A stretch of 64,000 nucleotides of DNA from Owenia fusiformis (lineage: Eukaryota), in the NCBI GenBank assembly GCA_903813345.2, contig CAIIXF020000001.1, forward strand, positions 13,640,001 to 13,704,000. Direction: 5' to 3'. Both the position numbers and the translations under genes were made by a program. Positions 52,001 through 64,000 of the stretch are shown here, piece by piece. The notes under the pieces are model-generated. The model searched no databases, was not told where the DNA came from, and worked only from the letters and a program-made list of their open reading frames with translations. Position 1 is the stretch's first letter; each line of letters opens with the position of its first letter.

Positions 52001-52556
52001 TATTACACAAATTGCCGACGTTTGCATTGACGTCACCCATTACAATCACCCTACCATTGTTACTACACACACCAATGAATTCATGCAATGTGTTCAGAAC
52101 ATCTTCATAACAATCATTAACACATGTTGATTGTGGCAAATACACAGAAAAAATGTAGATTGGTACATCTAACACAATTTCAATACAGACAATCCTATCA
52201 GTACAAAATTTAGTAACAGGTAATGTATTTGACAGAGATTTCCTCCATAAAATAGCCACGCCACCATGCCCCCATACTTGACCACAATGCATTGGGTTGA
52301 GCAGTCTGCTACTACGAGAAAGCATGTTGAAATCATTTTGCATTAAATTGAGTTTAAACGCATTACATTCATACATTTTGTGTTCTGATATACATATGAT
52401 ATCATTCTCACGCATTAGCTTATGGAGTAGTATCTGAGATGTGTTAAACCCGTTTATATTCCACTGACACAAGTTTAAGAACACCATAGTGACAATTAAA
52501 TACAGCATGTACATATAAGTCATAACTTTAATAGGACCTGTCATTCCATGCGTCAT
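49071..52556 (-). CDS. LINE ORF2: APE-type endonuclease, reverse transcriptase and C-terminal Cys/His motif
   Basis: 1161-aa ORF. Endonuclease motifs WNING, SEH, VYLP, GDVNA, SYIDHI, SDH. RT motifs LDVRKAF, GVHQGGVMS, YADD. Terminal CPLC-x7-H-x4-C. Confidence 0.95.
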   Translation of the reverse strand: MTHGMTGPIKVMTYMYMLYLIVTMVFLNLCQWNINGFNTSQILLHKLMRENDIICISEHKMYECNAFKLNLMQNDFNMLSRSSRLLNPMHCGQVWGHGGVAILWRKSLSNTLPVTKFCTDRIVCIEIVLDVPIYIFSVYLPQSTCVNDCYEDVLNTLHEFIGVCSNNGRVIVMGDVNANVGNLCNTSRSVGIPSANGKLFFDMCISNGLCIRDMMNDTVGPTYTFISHINTGQTSYIDHIAISHELAGNITYCEVFEDSPDLSSDHLVILTKLDLFNIVPIVRAKTPCEQFAWNKLSNDEIASCYTTKLEHNIEPLLIQGRHLLKTNDIRNEEIDSFSELVVDTIIKSSCDVPIKKFRKHQKPFWNPNLSHLVKTKNVAWRTWVNEGRPRQSDNEILLRYKAANKAFKKAYSQAQRDFEQKELDKLQDDAIDQRLYWHLVSRSRGTKSQRINSIRDEDVVLSDPSEIRNAWMRHFSKLATPGNSPHFNDQFHDYIQRRVISLRTESMPNKDGILDMPITEDETNDALKALNTNRACGCDKISAEHLKFGGPNLVSVLCVFFNIIRMHEHIPRGLCNGLLIPLFKGGNKDPLDPDHYRDITLMSSLRKLFDNVLLSRSKHRFLAHIPQLQGASIDSCSSLHTSFLLQEAISHCRDKGSTVYCSLLDVRKAFNSMWIDGFLYKLYRCGMNGKFWRMMYTSYKTYNCSILYDGECSSSFNVEQGVHQGGVMSMIVYQFYLADLLYDIVGEQCGVRIGGTDVSVVAYADDLSLLSLSMQSMNRLLSIVWNYSSYWRITFHPGKCSLLIFGRPDDGNDTALLGPCAIQQKTGELHVGIPLRNHNDFVKQTICKSKQKYFSLLGLGSLTGGLCPLMASKLYWTFSISKLLYGCQVIDYSNHEIEQMEISHREIGRRIQALPKSSPNPIAASGLGWLSIRRQIDFSRMMFFWSIIVLPMNNIYKTVLIHRLLWLIGGNGRHNSPLSIIWRTLERYTFAILSMNMIQSGEYLSKSGFKRIVRNALYCNEANSIRMMCSLYSSLSFYSCTLSISYVQPNIWWLICKLRPIFKKQCKLMFKLLAGSYPFENGVCPLCINSRDTIEHFILQCDIITYERQTLLTMLESEGRMSLAEKMDFVLGLSSTLESIDSLCSISLVIYSMHRARVSMI

Positions 52557-54291
52557 ACTGCTCGGTATGGTATTTGTTTCGGATCCTCTTTACAGCCTGT
52601 TGGAACTGGCCCCGATGGTTATCATCCTTTCTATGATTATCAGATTCATTATAATTGTTAGATCTTTCATCATAGTCCTTTTCATCATAGTACTGTCTAT
52701 CATCATGATCATCATTTTTTTGCCTCTCATCATACATGTAGTCATCATCGAGGTGTCGTCTCTTGTCGAAATCATCATTGTTATGTCGCCTCTCATCATC
52801 TTCATGGTACTGTTTTACATCACGATTGCGATGCTCATCACGTCTGGGTCGATTGATGTTGCTGCTGGAACCGTAGGTGGAACGACCTCTGAAACGTGGG
52901 GGGATCCTATCCTCCTGGTCCCCTACCCAGTAGCCACCATCGGGTCTCTGCTTCTGTCGCCGAGGTCTGGAAATCCACTCACGACTATTCACGTCATCAG
53001 GCCACATATCACTATCAATGGCCCTATTGAACATCGAGCTAGGTACGTATATTTTACATCCTACCCTATTACGGGAAACTTTGTTATGAATAACATATAT
53101 TTGGTTTATTCTCAAACCTAAATCGTGAGCGTGTTTAAGCACTAGATCCTTTGTGGTCTCATCCGAATCATCAATACCCTGAGAGATGTTTTCCAAATAC
53201 ACTATACGCGATGGCTCATTTTTTACTCCACATAGTTTCTTTGTCGTTGCAGTTCCACGCCCGCTGTTGCAAGATGTGAGGACACCTGATTTGGAGAACT
53301 TCGATGTCCCCTTAACCTCCTTGTCGGGTTGAGGTTTTGTTGGAGGAATGGCAGGGGCACGGGCTGGAGGAGACGTCGAGGAGTCAATCAGCTTCGGATC
53401 TGGAGCCACTAGTGGTGGGAAATTTATTGGATCTACGGGAATTGATGCAACTGTCGTAGAGCAATCAGAACCACTACTGGTGGTCATTATAGGGGGGACA
53501 TCCAACGTTGCACATCTACTTGTAGTTGTGGGTTTTGTTAACGTATTACTTGGCGACATAGCTGTCTTAACAGAGAGTTGCCGGTTATTTGAGCCAGGAC
53601 TATTAGTATCAGAACTACTCACAACACTGGGCTTTTGAATAGATATATCGCTTTCACAGCTGGCCCGCGGCTTTAATCCCACGTCGATTTGGGCTGCTGC
53701 GTTTTCGTTATTAGGCTTATTGCTCAGCAGGCATTCGTGTTTACAAACAGTACATGTCACTACGACCTTCTGGTTTTTTAGCTCAGCAAATGCGATTTCA
53801 AGTTCCTTTATTTTGTTGACCAATATAATATAATGTTCCTTAAGACCACTAACACCCAACGATGCTATCGTTTTAACTGCATCGGTGCCGTTGTCATCAT
53901 TCACAGTGTCTTTTTTAACAAAAGTCTCTATCGCAGAGATAGTCGAAGCATTGAGGACTGATCGTGGGAATGGTGATGAATCAACGTCGGCACAATATTT
54001 ATACAACTCGTATATATCTCGGCATATAGCCTTCAGTTTATCGGGACCTCTACGCAATTTCAATCCCAAATCAATAGACTTATTACCAACCTCTGTCTGC
54101 CATTTAGCTTGTGCTGCTTCCAAAAGAGTTTCTCTCGTTTCACACAATAGACCCTCGTCAAACTCGTCACCCAATGACTCAACAATGTCATCCTTTGGCT
54201 CACAGTCAATTTTTTGGAGAAAGAATTGCACACTTTCTTCAATATCCATCATGTAGGGCGGCGGAACATCCATTGTAACGGTATTATCCAT
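52528..54291 (-). CDS. LINE ORF1 (coiled coil, S/T/P linker, RRM-like domain, charged tail)
   Basis: 587-aa ORF directly upstream of and overlapping ORF2. Heptad segment LVNKIKELEIAFAELK and RRM-like RIVYLENI..GCKIYVP..WPDDVNSREW. Confidence 0.85.
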   Translation of the reverse strand: MDNTVTMDVPPPYMMDIEESVQFFLQKIDCEPKDDIVESLGDEFDEGLLCETRETLLEAAQAKWQTEVGNKSIDLGLKLRRGPDKLKAICRDIYELYKYCADVDSSPFPRSVLNASTISAIETFVKKDTVNDDNGTDAVKTIASLGVSGLKEHYIILVNKIKELEIAFAELKNQKVVVTCTVCKHECLLSNKPNNENAAAQIDVGLKPRASCESDISIQKPSVVSSSDTNSPGSNNRQLSVKTAMSPSNTLTKPTTTSRCATLDVPPIMTTSSGSDCSTTVASIPVDPINFPPLVAPDPKLIDSSTSPPARAPAIPPTKPQPDKEVKGTSKFSKSGVLTSCNSGRGTATTKKLCGVKNEPSRIVYLENISQGIDDSDETTKDLVLKHAHDLGLRINQIYVIHNKVSRNRVGCKIYVPSSMFNRAIDSDMWPDDVNSREWISRPRRQKQRPDGGYWVGDQEDRIPPRFRGRSTYGSSSNINRPRRDEHRNRDVKQYHEDDERRHNNDDFDKRRHLDDDYMYDERQKNDDHDDRQYYDEKDYDERSNNYNESDNHRKDDNHRGQFQQAVKRIRNKYHTEQYDAWNDRSY

Positions 54292-54645
54292 TATACATAG
54301 CCTATGAACTTAGATCCATACGATAACAAGTACAAGTACGAGTATTTTTATTTCCGAGGGCGCCGCCATATTGGAAAAGTATAAAAGTCACAAAAACGTG
54401 CACAAATCCATCATTTGTCGCTTCGATGGGAATTGTCCTAAGATATACTCCTCACATGTGTCTGCTCGAGACACTCATGGATGGTTTGGATCCAGAAATG
54501 ACTTCCAATAGTCATGTATTTGTGTGAAAAAACACTTTATAAATGCAAGTGGTACTGACACCTGTACCCAGGTTATACGCCATCTAAGGCACCATGTACA
54601 TCATACCATTTTACTCTAGTAGTTTTACGAGAGCAGATATATAAG

Positions 54646-54735
54646 AAGTCTTGCTTCAAGACCCCTCTCCTCCTACTTCAACAACAGTATTGTTGAACTA
54701 AATTAAGGGGGTTCCAAGGTCTTGACGCAAGACTA
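54646..54735. mobile_element. 90-bp MITE
   Basis: AGTCTTGCTTCAAGACC / GGTCTTGACGCAAGACT. Confidence 0.65.
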
Positions 54736-56399
54736 ATAAATAAACATAATGATTACCTCTTTTACTTGTGAATATTACATATATCTGAGAACAAGTAAGA
54801 GTCAACCTGCTATTTCTACATACTAATGCCATATAATTAATAACAATCATCTAGACTATAACATGCACAGATGGTGACTAGGCACATTGGTATTCCCATA
54901 CTTGTATTATCTCCCCTCTTATGTGTGTAAAAATGAAGGATTTGTCTGGTCTCTTATCAGCAAGTAGGGAGTCATCATCCCAAAAACACACATAAAGATT
55001 GCTAACCCTAACTAGAAACTAATTCAGCTAGAATGCAAACAAGGAAAATAACCAAATTTAGGATCCATCATCTTCGTTCACTTGGCTCCCATTGGTCTGG
55101 ATGCAATGAAGACTAAGCGTGCGAAGATACGATCCATAGGCTGATCATGTATCAAACACAAAGGTGGATGTATTTCAGGCTGAGTTTCATGGATCATTTC
55201 CATGGGTTTCTAAGATATAACATACTAAGTTTATCCTTGGATGAAGAGTCCATCATTATGTATATAGCCTCATTGGCACAGTTATCTGTTGATATGGCAA
55301 CACCTCTCCAGTTACATTTTACAAGATATCTTTCATATTATTCAATGTAATGCACATGGTCTTTCTTTTTGCGTCACAGGGTACTTTAACCTGTTAACAT
55401 TGGCCAGATGTGCTTCTTTCTCAATTCTTTGATTGTGTTAGGGGACTAACTCAAAAGTTATTGTTCATCTGTTTTAAAATTCTAACAGCTTATAGATGAA
55501 GTGCATGAATGCATTTTTATACGTGGATTTCAACATTCAAGGTTTACAAGATAGGTCAGATATAATATTGTCTATATACTATGAGTTTGATGTAACATTT
55601 TCAGATGTCTGACTTACACTTTTCTGAAGTTCTACATTCTATTGTCAAAGGTCTGACGTTTCATTGTAAGAGCTTTGACACACCATTTTCTGCATTCTGA
55701 CACACCATTTCCTGAGTTCTGACACATGATTTTCACACATGAAGTTTGGCCATTGCCTAAGGTTTAACACACCCTTGTACTAGGTTTTCTTACAATAATC
55801 TAATTTTAGAGATATTTCATCACAAGCATATATATACCCTCTATCAAGAACATGTAGATGTGTGTGGTTCATATAAAATAGCAAATACTCAAGATAAGAC
55901 TATGGTCCCTCACTCCACTAATTCCATAAAATTCTGAGGAATAAGCACACATGTTTGTTTGATAATTGACTGCATAGTAGATATGTGATATCATAACACA
56001 CATGGCAAGGTCATTGCCTCCATTGAAGAATAAAGGAATGGGGCCCCGTCACCCCAACATGAAGCAATGGATGAAGCAATGTTAATCATATGAAAAACTT
56101 TGTTCATAATTAAGAAAGCAAGAAAGTCCAGTATAAGATTTTTTCTTTTTATGTATAACACTTTCTTGTACCTGATACTCGGGGGAGGGGGTTGGTTTGT
56201 GAATGTACTGAACAAATATTCTATTCTATAAAATATACACATGATCCAAAAACACAACTTGGAGCATCACTAATAAAGAAAGAAACATCATCCATAGGTG
56301 TTGATATAATGCTATCATTTTGCTGGGTTTAATCAATGAAGCATGTAGTGTTTCCTAATATGGGTATATCTCACATGTACCTCTCACCATGCATTATGA

Positions 56400-57000
56400 T
56401 GATCTCTAGCCTTTCAAGTGTCACAAGGTTATCTTCAGTTTTCTCAAGTGATCATAAGGCACCAGAAGCATGCTGTTAACTCAGTTAGTTTTTTGCTAAG
56501 TCCAGATGCACAGATGGTTACTATATCACCAGAATCCCCCTTGAAGTTACAAACACCGAAAACTTGAACTGATTAGTTGAAAATGAGCGAAGATGATCCT
56601 TATGGATCCCAGAGATCAATCATGTATATATAGGATCAGTTTCAAGCATATGTGACATTGAAGGGTAGTGTCTGACCTTCAAGCTGTGTCTACAGGTATG
56701 GTTGGCAGGAGTACTGACAGGACAAAGCACCTGAGTTTACCACAGATGGTGAAATATGTTGCTACCTTATACTGTATAGGGGTATGGATTTCTTTAAAAA
56801 TAGCTATCTCCAGGTTTTTCTGAACTTTAAATTCTTCCCTTAGTCTTAAATGATTCCTTGTATGTCTTACATGAGCATAGACTGCTTTTTGATGATAAGA
56901 GGTGTTGTAATGTGATTTCTTGTTCAGTTTAACTGGAGAAGCACTGCAGAAGAAACCATGAGCAGGGGACCATAGTGTATGAATTTAGGAATACCCAGTA
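56400..57000 (-). pseudogene. Possible Ty3/Gypsy integrase relic
   Basis: FIHYGP, a frameshifted TTPYH and PTIPVD in the expected order. Very decayed. Confidence 0.25.
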
Positions 57001-60000
57001 ATGATGCACTCAAACCCAAAATGGTTCAAAACACTGTCTAACATCCCTACAAGGGTTTAGTATTAATCTCCAAGTCTTATGAAATGAATATGACTTGAGC
57101 TAGGAGATATCATGGGTGTTTAGCATTTGTATGACCTTGACCTTTTAAAATACCAATTGTCATTTTCTCCATGGTACAATTAACATTTGTGTGACCTTGA
57201 ATTTTACTGACCTTGACCTTTTTAAAATTCCAAAGTCATTTTTTCAATTAAACAATTTTTCATTTGAAGTAGCATTGAACTTTGAACTTTTACGACCTTA
57301 CCCTATCTAATGATCTAAGTTGTCTTACATATATGACTATGCATATATATGTTACTAGGCCAATGTGTTTTTCAAATATTGTACATTTCAATAACTATAC
57401 AAAGGAAGGAATATGTCCTACATGTATGGTACTGCTCTCAGTAAGATGATCTTATTGCAACTGATGATGATAACGGTGAAAAAATAAACCTGGTCTTCAC
57501 TGCCAATAGAATAAAATATATTGTTGTATACTGTGTTTTTGCTGTATATTTACCTTTGTAGTTGCATCTTGGTAAGCCAGCCTCTTCTTGCAATATTAGA
57601 GTTTTGTAACTTAGCCCCGATGGTATATTTTGGTGAATTAATATATGGAAGGTTGTCCAGTATATCTTTACCTGTGTAGTATGTTGGTGTATGTGGCTTA
57701 GAGGTGAGAATTACATAGTACATTAGAACCCTTGCATTTATAGATAAAAAACGTTGTCATACAATTTCATAACAGTATGTAGCATATGATTGAATCAAAG
57801 TTGAATGTATTAAGAAGTTTAACAAATTAACACATTGTTTAATTGTTATTGTTAAATTAGAATGATAAGATTGTAAATTTTGATTTGTATGCCTAATCCC
57901 AAAATCAAAAACTTACGAGGGATGTGCAGAATAATCTGTTATCTGAGAGGATCCTAAATAACAAACAAACCACAGACATTCTCTAGGTGACATATTATAC
58001 CATAGCTAATTGATAAACACAGGATCAGGCTAGAATAATATTATTGAACAAATGAAATACCTGTGAGTTATAAATGAAGCAGATTTCTCTCTATAAACTT
58101 TGTGGATACATCAATGTGCGACCAGAATCATAGATTTTGCTTGAATATAATTAACATTGCCCCTATAAGTACCAGGGTATTAGTTTATTTATCACAGTTA
58201 TTTCTCTGTTTAGTTTAAAGTTTACTTATCCTAACATGCAGTGGTCCTGTTTACTTACCTTATATTTGAGGAAATACAGTTTGTTGAAATATGTCCATTA
58301 GTAAGTAATTCATATAATTATATGCATTTGTTAATATTCCTGACTTTGGTTATGTAGTTTCTGTCAGTGTTGAGCATGTTCTGAGAGTAATTCACCAAAG
58401 TTGTTTAGTATGTTTGTAGTGTAATTCATAGGGTTATCAATGAACTTTATTGTAACTTATGTAGACATAAAGTCCATGAATTGTTGAGAAGAAGCTTATA
58501 TTTGAAGTGTATTCATTCCAGAATGTACAGTCAATTAATCTTAAGAATGGTCAACATTTTCAAACTTGCAAATCATTGTTAACTTTTAAAAGATAATTTT
58601 CTGTATAAATGTGAAATTGAAATTTAAGTGAGAATTTCACTCAATATCAAAGTACAAGTGCCACAAGTCATAGCTTTAAAGCAACATTTATTTATTTTTT
58701 GAAAAGAACTGATCGTATGTTTTACAAATTAGACATCTTATACGTTATAACTAAGTGATGGCTTTGCTCATTATGTCATTGTGCCCTGCTGTTGTCATGG
58801 AAAAATAAATCATCACTGATATGTGGAGTATAGACGAGTATAGCAACACCCCACATCCCTCCAAATTTATGCTTTTAAAGTTTAAAACCAGGTTCTGTAA
58901 AATGCATATGTTTGTATTGACATGCAGTGCTTATTACCCAATATAATATTCTCAATATACTCAAATTCAGAGCAGATTGACCAAAAACTATATACCTTGC
59001 ACACTTTAAATATTTACCTTACATAATATTTTTTCTTCAATCTATATACCTTGCACAATATAAACATGTCCTACTCTCCTTTGATCCCAATCTGGGGATT
59101 TTGTTACATCAACTTACCTTAGAAAGTTAGGTACTGCCAGAGAGTGTTTGATGTATTTGAAGTATCCAGAATTCTGACTGGCTCTCAGTCTACTATTACC
59201 AGGAAGAAAACATCAGCTAGTTATTATTATATGGGGAGGATCTAGGGAATTTGTGATTTTCCTTAATTAGGGGTGTTTTTCTGATTTACCTGAAATAAGT
59301 TTGTGTTCTCTCTAGGATCCTCATGTCAGTACAAAATTCTCATTTTCACAACTTATAAATGTGGATGGTCAAAGAATGCTATTACATGTATATGTATTTG
59401 ATGATTTTTTATTCTGAAGTATAAATGGGTTTTGAGGAGATGCAAATATGGGATTTCAAGATTAAATTTTCCAAATAAAATGTTGGGGAGATCACTGTAT
59501 GTGCACATGTACAGTACTTTCTTTTTCTCTGTTGATTGCGAGTGAAGGAAGAAAATGGACCAGTCTTTCTGTTATGTGAGAGGTCTGAATGACTTATAAT
59601 TTGCAGATGTGAAGCACATATTATTAAGGGGAAGGAATCATTACATCATGGGAACTTTTATTTTATGAAATAATATACTGGGCCTGAATATTTAGCCAAA
59701 AATGGACTTGGGTGATACATTACTAATAAATTATGCATATGTGGAAGGCTCAGAAAATGTTTCTTCTTGAACAAAAAGAAGACCAAAATGTTCCAAAACA
59801 TTATTAAAACGTTAATGAAGATGAGATCATCCAAGATTTAAGAACTGTTTTATCAAATCACAGTGTGATTCCACTCAAGTTTAAAGTTTATTTAGAATGA
59901 GTCACATGGGTAGTATGTCCCCTGTTGAAGAAATATAAACTATTATGATTAACATTTTTAGAAGACTGCATTTCCAAAGTTGTATTTGATAGTCAGGTAA

Positions 60001-60112
60001 TGTTACATTGTAGTATCCTAGCCATTCACACCATTGCCAAAGCACATACTATGCCAGTATGTGGATACCATCTGTGGGAGGAGTTTGACAGTTTCAATCA
60101 TATAAGTACATG

Positions 60113-60312
60113 CAGGCCCGTAGCCAGGGGGTTCGCAGGACCCCCCCCCCCCCTGGCCAAAAACTCTTCAAAATCATGCAGTTTTTCACCATTTTGAGCA
60201 CTTCTCAAGTGATTTTAGCCATATTTGGGCCAAAATTGTCAAATGTGAACTCCCCCTGGAAATTTTTGAAAACTGAACAGTATCCCCTTGGCAAAACCTG
60301 GCTATGGGCCTG
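60113..60312. mobile_element. CAGGCCCGTAG-type MITE with poly-C
   Basis: TIR CAGGCCCGTAGCCAGG / CCTGGCTATGGGCCTG. Confidence 0.85.
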
Positions 60313-61559
60313 ACATGTATCAGTTTTTTCAAGAAGGGGGATATTAGACATTGTTCTTTGTACATAATAGTTTAGAATATTAGGAGTGTGTTTTCCTGTG
60401 TTCTTAGATGCTCCCTTTTCTTGCTATATTTTGTCTTTTCCCTTGAGGTGCATTTGTGTTTTTCAAAGTTTTAATGATCCTCGGTCCATCCCTGGTAAAG
60501 AAATGTGTATGTGTTAGTGATCTCTCTGACACATTCTGACTTCTGGCCTAACACAAACCTTTCATAAAGCAAGGCCTATTTATCTCTGCTATATATTTTT
60601 TATGTGATTCTGATTAAGGGTACCCCATAAGGTGTAAATGGAAACACAGGTATGTTTATTGTCCTGAAGTGAAAGACTGTAAATGCAAAATTAGATTTGT
60701 AATTTGTCGCTTATTTATAACATGTCATATTGTCTTAGTAAATTCTATAACATGAGACATGAGATGAATATGCTAAAAACAACTTATGGTTATGTAGTGT
60801 ATCTGTTCACCTTATCTATTCAACATTCTTTCAGGGATTTTTTCTGATATTGGTGAAAATACTCGACTCATTTTACCTTAACTCTAACAAGGAAATGTCC
60901 AAATCTGGTCATAATGATAATATTCATATTTTCTGGTCAAAACATTCCGATTTTTATGTTCTTCCAAGTGAGTTCGTAAAAGTTGTTTTTTCAAGTTTTC
61001 TGGGTGCAGCATATGGCCGCGTTCATGCTGGGGAGGTATCTGGACCAGAACACCTAATGAATTAAGAGTTGACCCTGGCATGCTGGCAATGGTAAACTTC
61101 ATCTAATATACATCATCTTTATCAATCAAGCTATTTCATATGGCTTAGAAATTCACTGGTTTTAACAGTATGATTGTACATGGGGTAGAAAGAGGTTTCC
61201 AGATTCTGATAAAATTAAATATGTCAAGTGCCAGAAATGGCCTTGGGATAGGTCCTTGACACTCAAGTGTTACCTGAGTATAGCCTGCTCGCAGAGTCTA
61301 GTTATAAAGTACCCTCTGCCTGGTAAAAAGTTAAGCAGCCCCACCCCCATGACCGGTGCCTGGGATAGCCTGGGTCATAAATTATTTCAAACCCACCACA
61401 CTGACCTTTTCTCAACCAATCAGCGAGCTGGAAGGAACATGTTAAATATGTGCTCATTAACTATGCGGCCCCGTCCTCACATTGACATATATGTCCTCAA
61501 CCAATCAATGTGCAGAAAATAGTCCATATTGTTTTAATGTTGGTCAGTTTTGGGTCAGC

Positions 61560-63700
61560 AATGATGTCAGAGGAAATGTCCCAATAAAGAACAATGTCCA
61601 AAATGCAATATGAAGATCATGAATATGAAGTTGTTGTTAAAGATTTCTGCCTGGAAAAACAAGACATCTCTGGGCCAAATGAAAAGAGAACTGAACGGAG
61701 GGGGACAGGGGATTCAAGATGATAAACCAAAGTGTAAGAACACTCATTTAATTAAGCTACATACAAATTTCAGAGACCCCATTTATAGACACTGTAGTGT
61801 GTTTGCTACCTACCATATTTGTCCTCTGGTGGATCATGTGTTCTCGACCATGACAGTCTCTTGAAGCAATCTCGCATTTTAGACATGTTGATTTTAAGTA
61901 ATAACCTCAGTAGCAGTCGATATTCTAGAGTCCAATCTTGTAGCTTCACTGTAGTCTATCTTGAGACTTTGTATTATGATGTTACGTTTTGGCACCTTTT
62001 TTGCTGTGCTCAGATGTTGTACTGGAGGAATGTCAATGTCTTCTTCTAATGATGACAGAATTTCCAGAAATGTTTGACTTACTGATCTCATGTATTCATG
62101 ATTAAACATCTGTTAGTCAAATCTCTGTTAATCTACTGATAATCCTTGTTTGGTTAAACATGTACAATTATGATATCAGTTTACAATTAAAATTGCAATC
62201 CTTGTTCCTTTGGTCTGTTAAAAAATCCTATTGATCTTGTTCTTGACTAAAATGTGCTTTATTTGCCACACATGATGCTGTATCATATTTGTGCTATTCT
62301 TATTGTACTATCATATTGCCCATCAGGATTTGTATATATTTGTAGTGTATTTGTATTCCTTACTGGAGTGTGGCAAAGAGGTAGCACACCAGTGTTGCTG
62401 AATATTCTGTCCATAGATAACACAACTTCTGTTTAGATAACATACACTGCCAAGATAATAATAATCTATTCTGGTTGCTCCTGCAACAAGGCCTGGACAC
62501 TGTGGTGTTCCAATAGTAGTGAGTGTTCACCAATAGCTCAAAATAGCCTGCTTATTAACACTCAAGCTTCTTAATAAGTCAGTAAATTATTGCAATCTTA
62601 TGTAAGATTAGCAGTTTATTTATGCCAAATTGATTAATTATGAATGTTTTGTAAGTAATCTCTTGAGGAAATTGTATTTCACAGTAGTTCACAATGTTAT
62701 CAGAAAGTTTCCGGATGTACAATGTAATATTGAGGTTAATTCATTTTGTCATCTCTGAATCTGAGAATTATTTTGTGGAACCTTGATGTATTGCAGACAT
62801 ATCATGTTATATTGGACTAAACATATTGAATATGTCACTCTATTGATTAGAGTTTAATATATACAATACATCATTATTAAATTATTATATTAATTGGCCA
62901 TGCAAGTGTGAACTGTGAATGGCTATTGATTTCTCTGAGGAACATCCAGATCCGATTTAATTTTCTCTGTGCCATAAAGTACTTCGGTGCAACAGTTTGC
63001 TGCATAATGTTGTTGTTAATAGACTCGTGAAGGGAGGGAGGGGTACTGTCTGATAGCAATATGGTTTACCTTTCAGATTACTCCATTGTATCATAATTTC
63101 TTTTCACTTGATGGTATAAATAAATTGTGTTGATTAAGATAGATTTGCAATTTATAATGAAATTATCAAGATATCATTAACAGTATTAACAGGGCTTTTA
63201 GCATTACTTTAATGAGCATACATAATGAAGATTGAATTTATGCTTGTATTCTTTATGGTACTATATGGTCCTTTATATAAACACCTATCACATGGAGCTA
63301 TTGGGAGAGGTACCACAAATTATGTTCAAACTGCCCAATCCAGTATATTATAAGCATGATAATTGCAATAATTTAAAGCCTTAGTCTTTTAGTATTATTT
63401 GTAGGCACACCTCAAGCATCCTTTTTATCATGGACTCATTGGTCATGAAAATTCAATGATATTTGTGACTCTCATCTTCACCTAATATCTGGTCAAGTCA
63501 TCATGCACACATGAATTTTGGATCAGTCTTCCACACAGTTGTAGCAAGGTTAGATATTTTTATCCTCATGCTGATGTGTTACATACTTTTTAATCAGGTG
63601 TTTAATCCCCAGGTAGATATCAGGAGTTAATCCCTGGATTTATTCGTCATGATATCCATCAATAATTGTCTGCACATGTTTTACTTTCCTGTAATATTTT
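61560..63700 (-). pseudogene. Possible decayed Ty3/Gypsy pol relic
   Basis: Fragmentary RNaseH-like strings (SR..HYA..VLYGTEK; QIQR*). Many stops. Confidence 0.25.
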
Positions 63701-64000
63701 ATTCCCATTGACTGTTTATCATATTATTTTATCCATTTTCAATCTCTCATTTCTCATCGATCTCTTATCAGTTGACAGTTGATTACATCCGATGTAACGC
63801 ATATCCCAGACATGATGTATGTCTCCTATCTTGAGGGTGAGCTATGTCATTTCATATGTAAGTGTTCCAATATCCTTGCCTCTATGCGACTCTATGAGAC
63901 TAAATGGTACTGTTATTCATTATCATCTTATATATTGATCTTGCTGAGCGTGAGTCACACTGATTCAATAATATACTGTGTCTCAGATACAACATCACTT

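Larger units (their letters stand above)
48923..54590 (-). mobile_element. Full-length, apparently intact non-LTR retrotransposon (CR1/L2-type LINE)
   Basis: Two open ORFs. The 3' end reads AATAAATAATACATACATA on the minus strand at ~48923-48942. The CpG-containing 5' UTR runs to ~54590; this boundary is approximate and no TSD was found. Confidence 0.9.

Noticed and set aside
52567-54256. Plus-strand ORFs of 184, 96 and 123 aa, including a very hydrophobic one
   Set aside because: Antisense shadows of LINE ORF1 codon bias (GAT repeats read as ATC).

Overview
AT-rich, intron-containing animal genomic DNA; a marine invertebrate, probably a lophotrochozoan such as a bivalve, is inferred from the repeat types. 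Three spliced host genes lie on the minus strand. (1) The 5' part of a KMT2C/MLL3-like histone methyltransferase gene, with 12 coding exons traced at 4402-12705; it runs off the left edge. (2) A complete MTHFR, with 10 coding exons at 20780-30384. (3) A CARD plus TRADD-N-like adaptor gene (44797-47354) with a 27-nt micro-exon. An intact two-ORF LINE spans ~48920-54590. The most notable structure is invisible in the ORF track: a 5.2-kb DIRS-type tyrosine-recombinase retrotransposon (31647-36855). Its gag, RT, RNaseH, methyltransferase and recombinase sequences are heavily decayed, but its inverted terminal repeats and internal complementary region are perfect copies, and it sits in a nest with four palindromic/TIR elements. 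The rest of the window holds Helentron/HINE-like elements with internal satellites, many MITEs, a tRNA-Gly-derived relic and decayed retroelement fragments. All calls were made by eye, without database searches.
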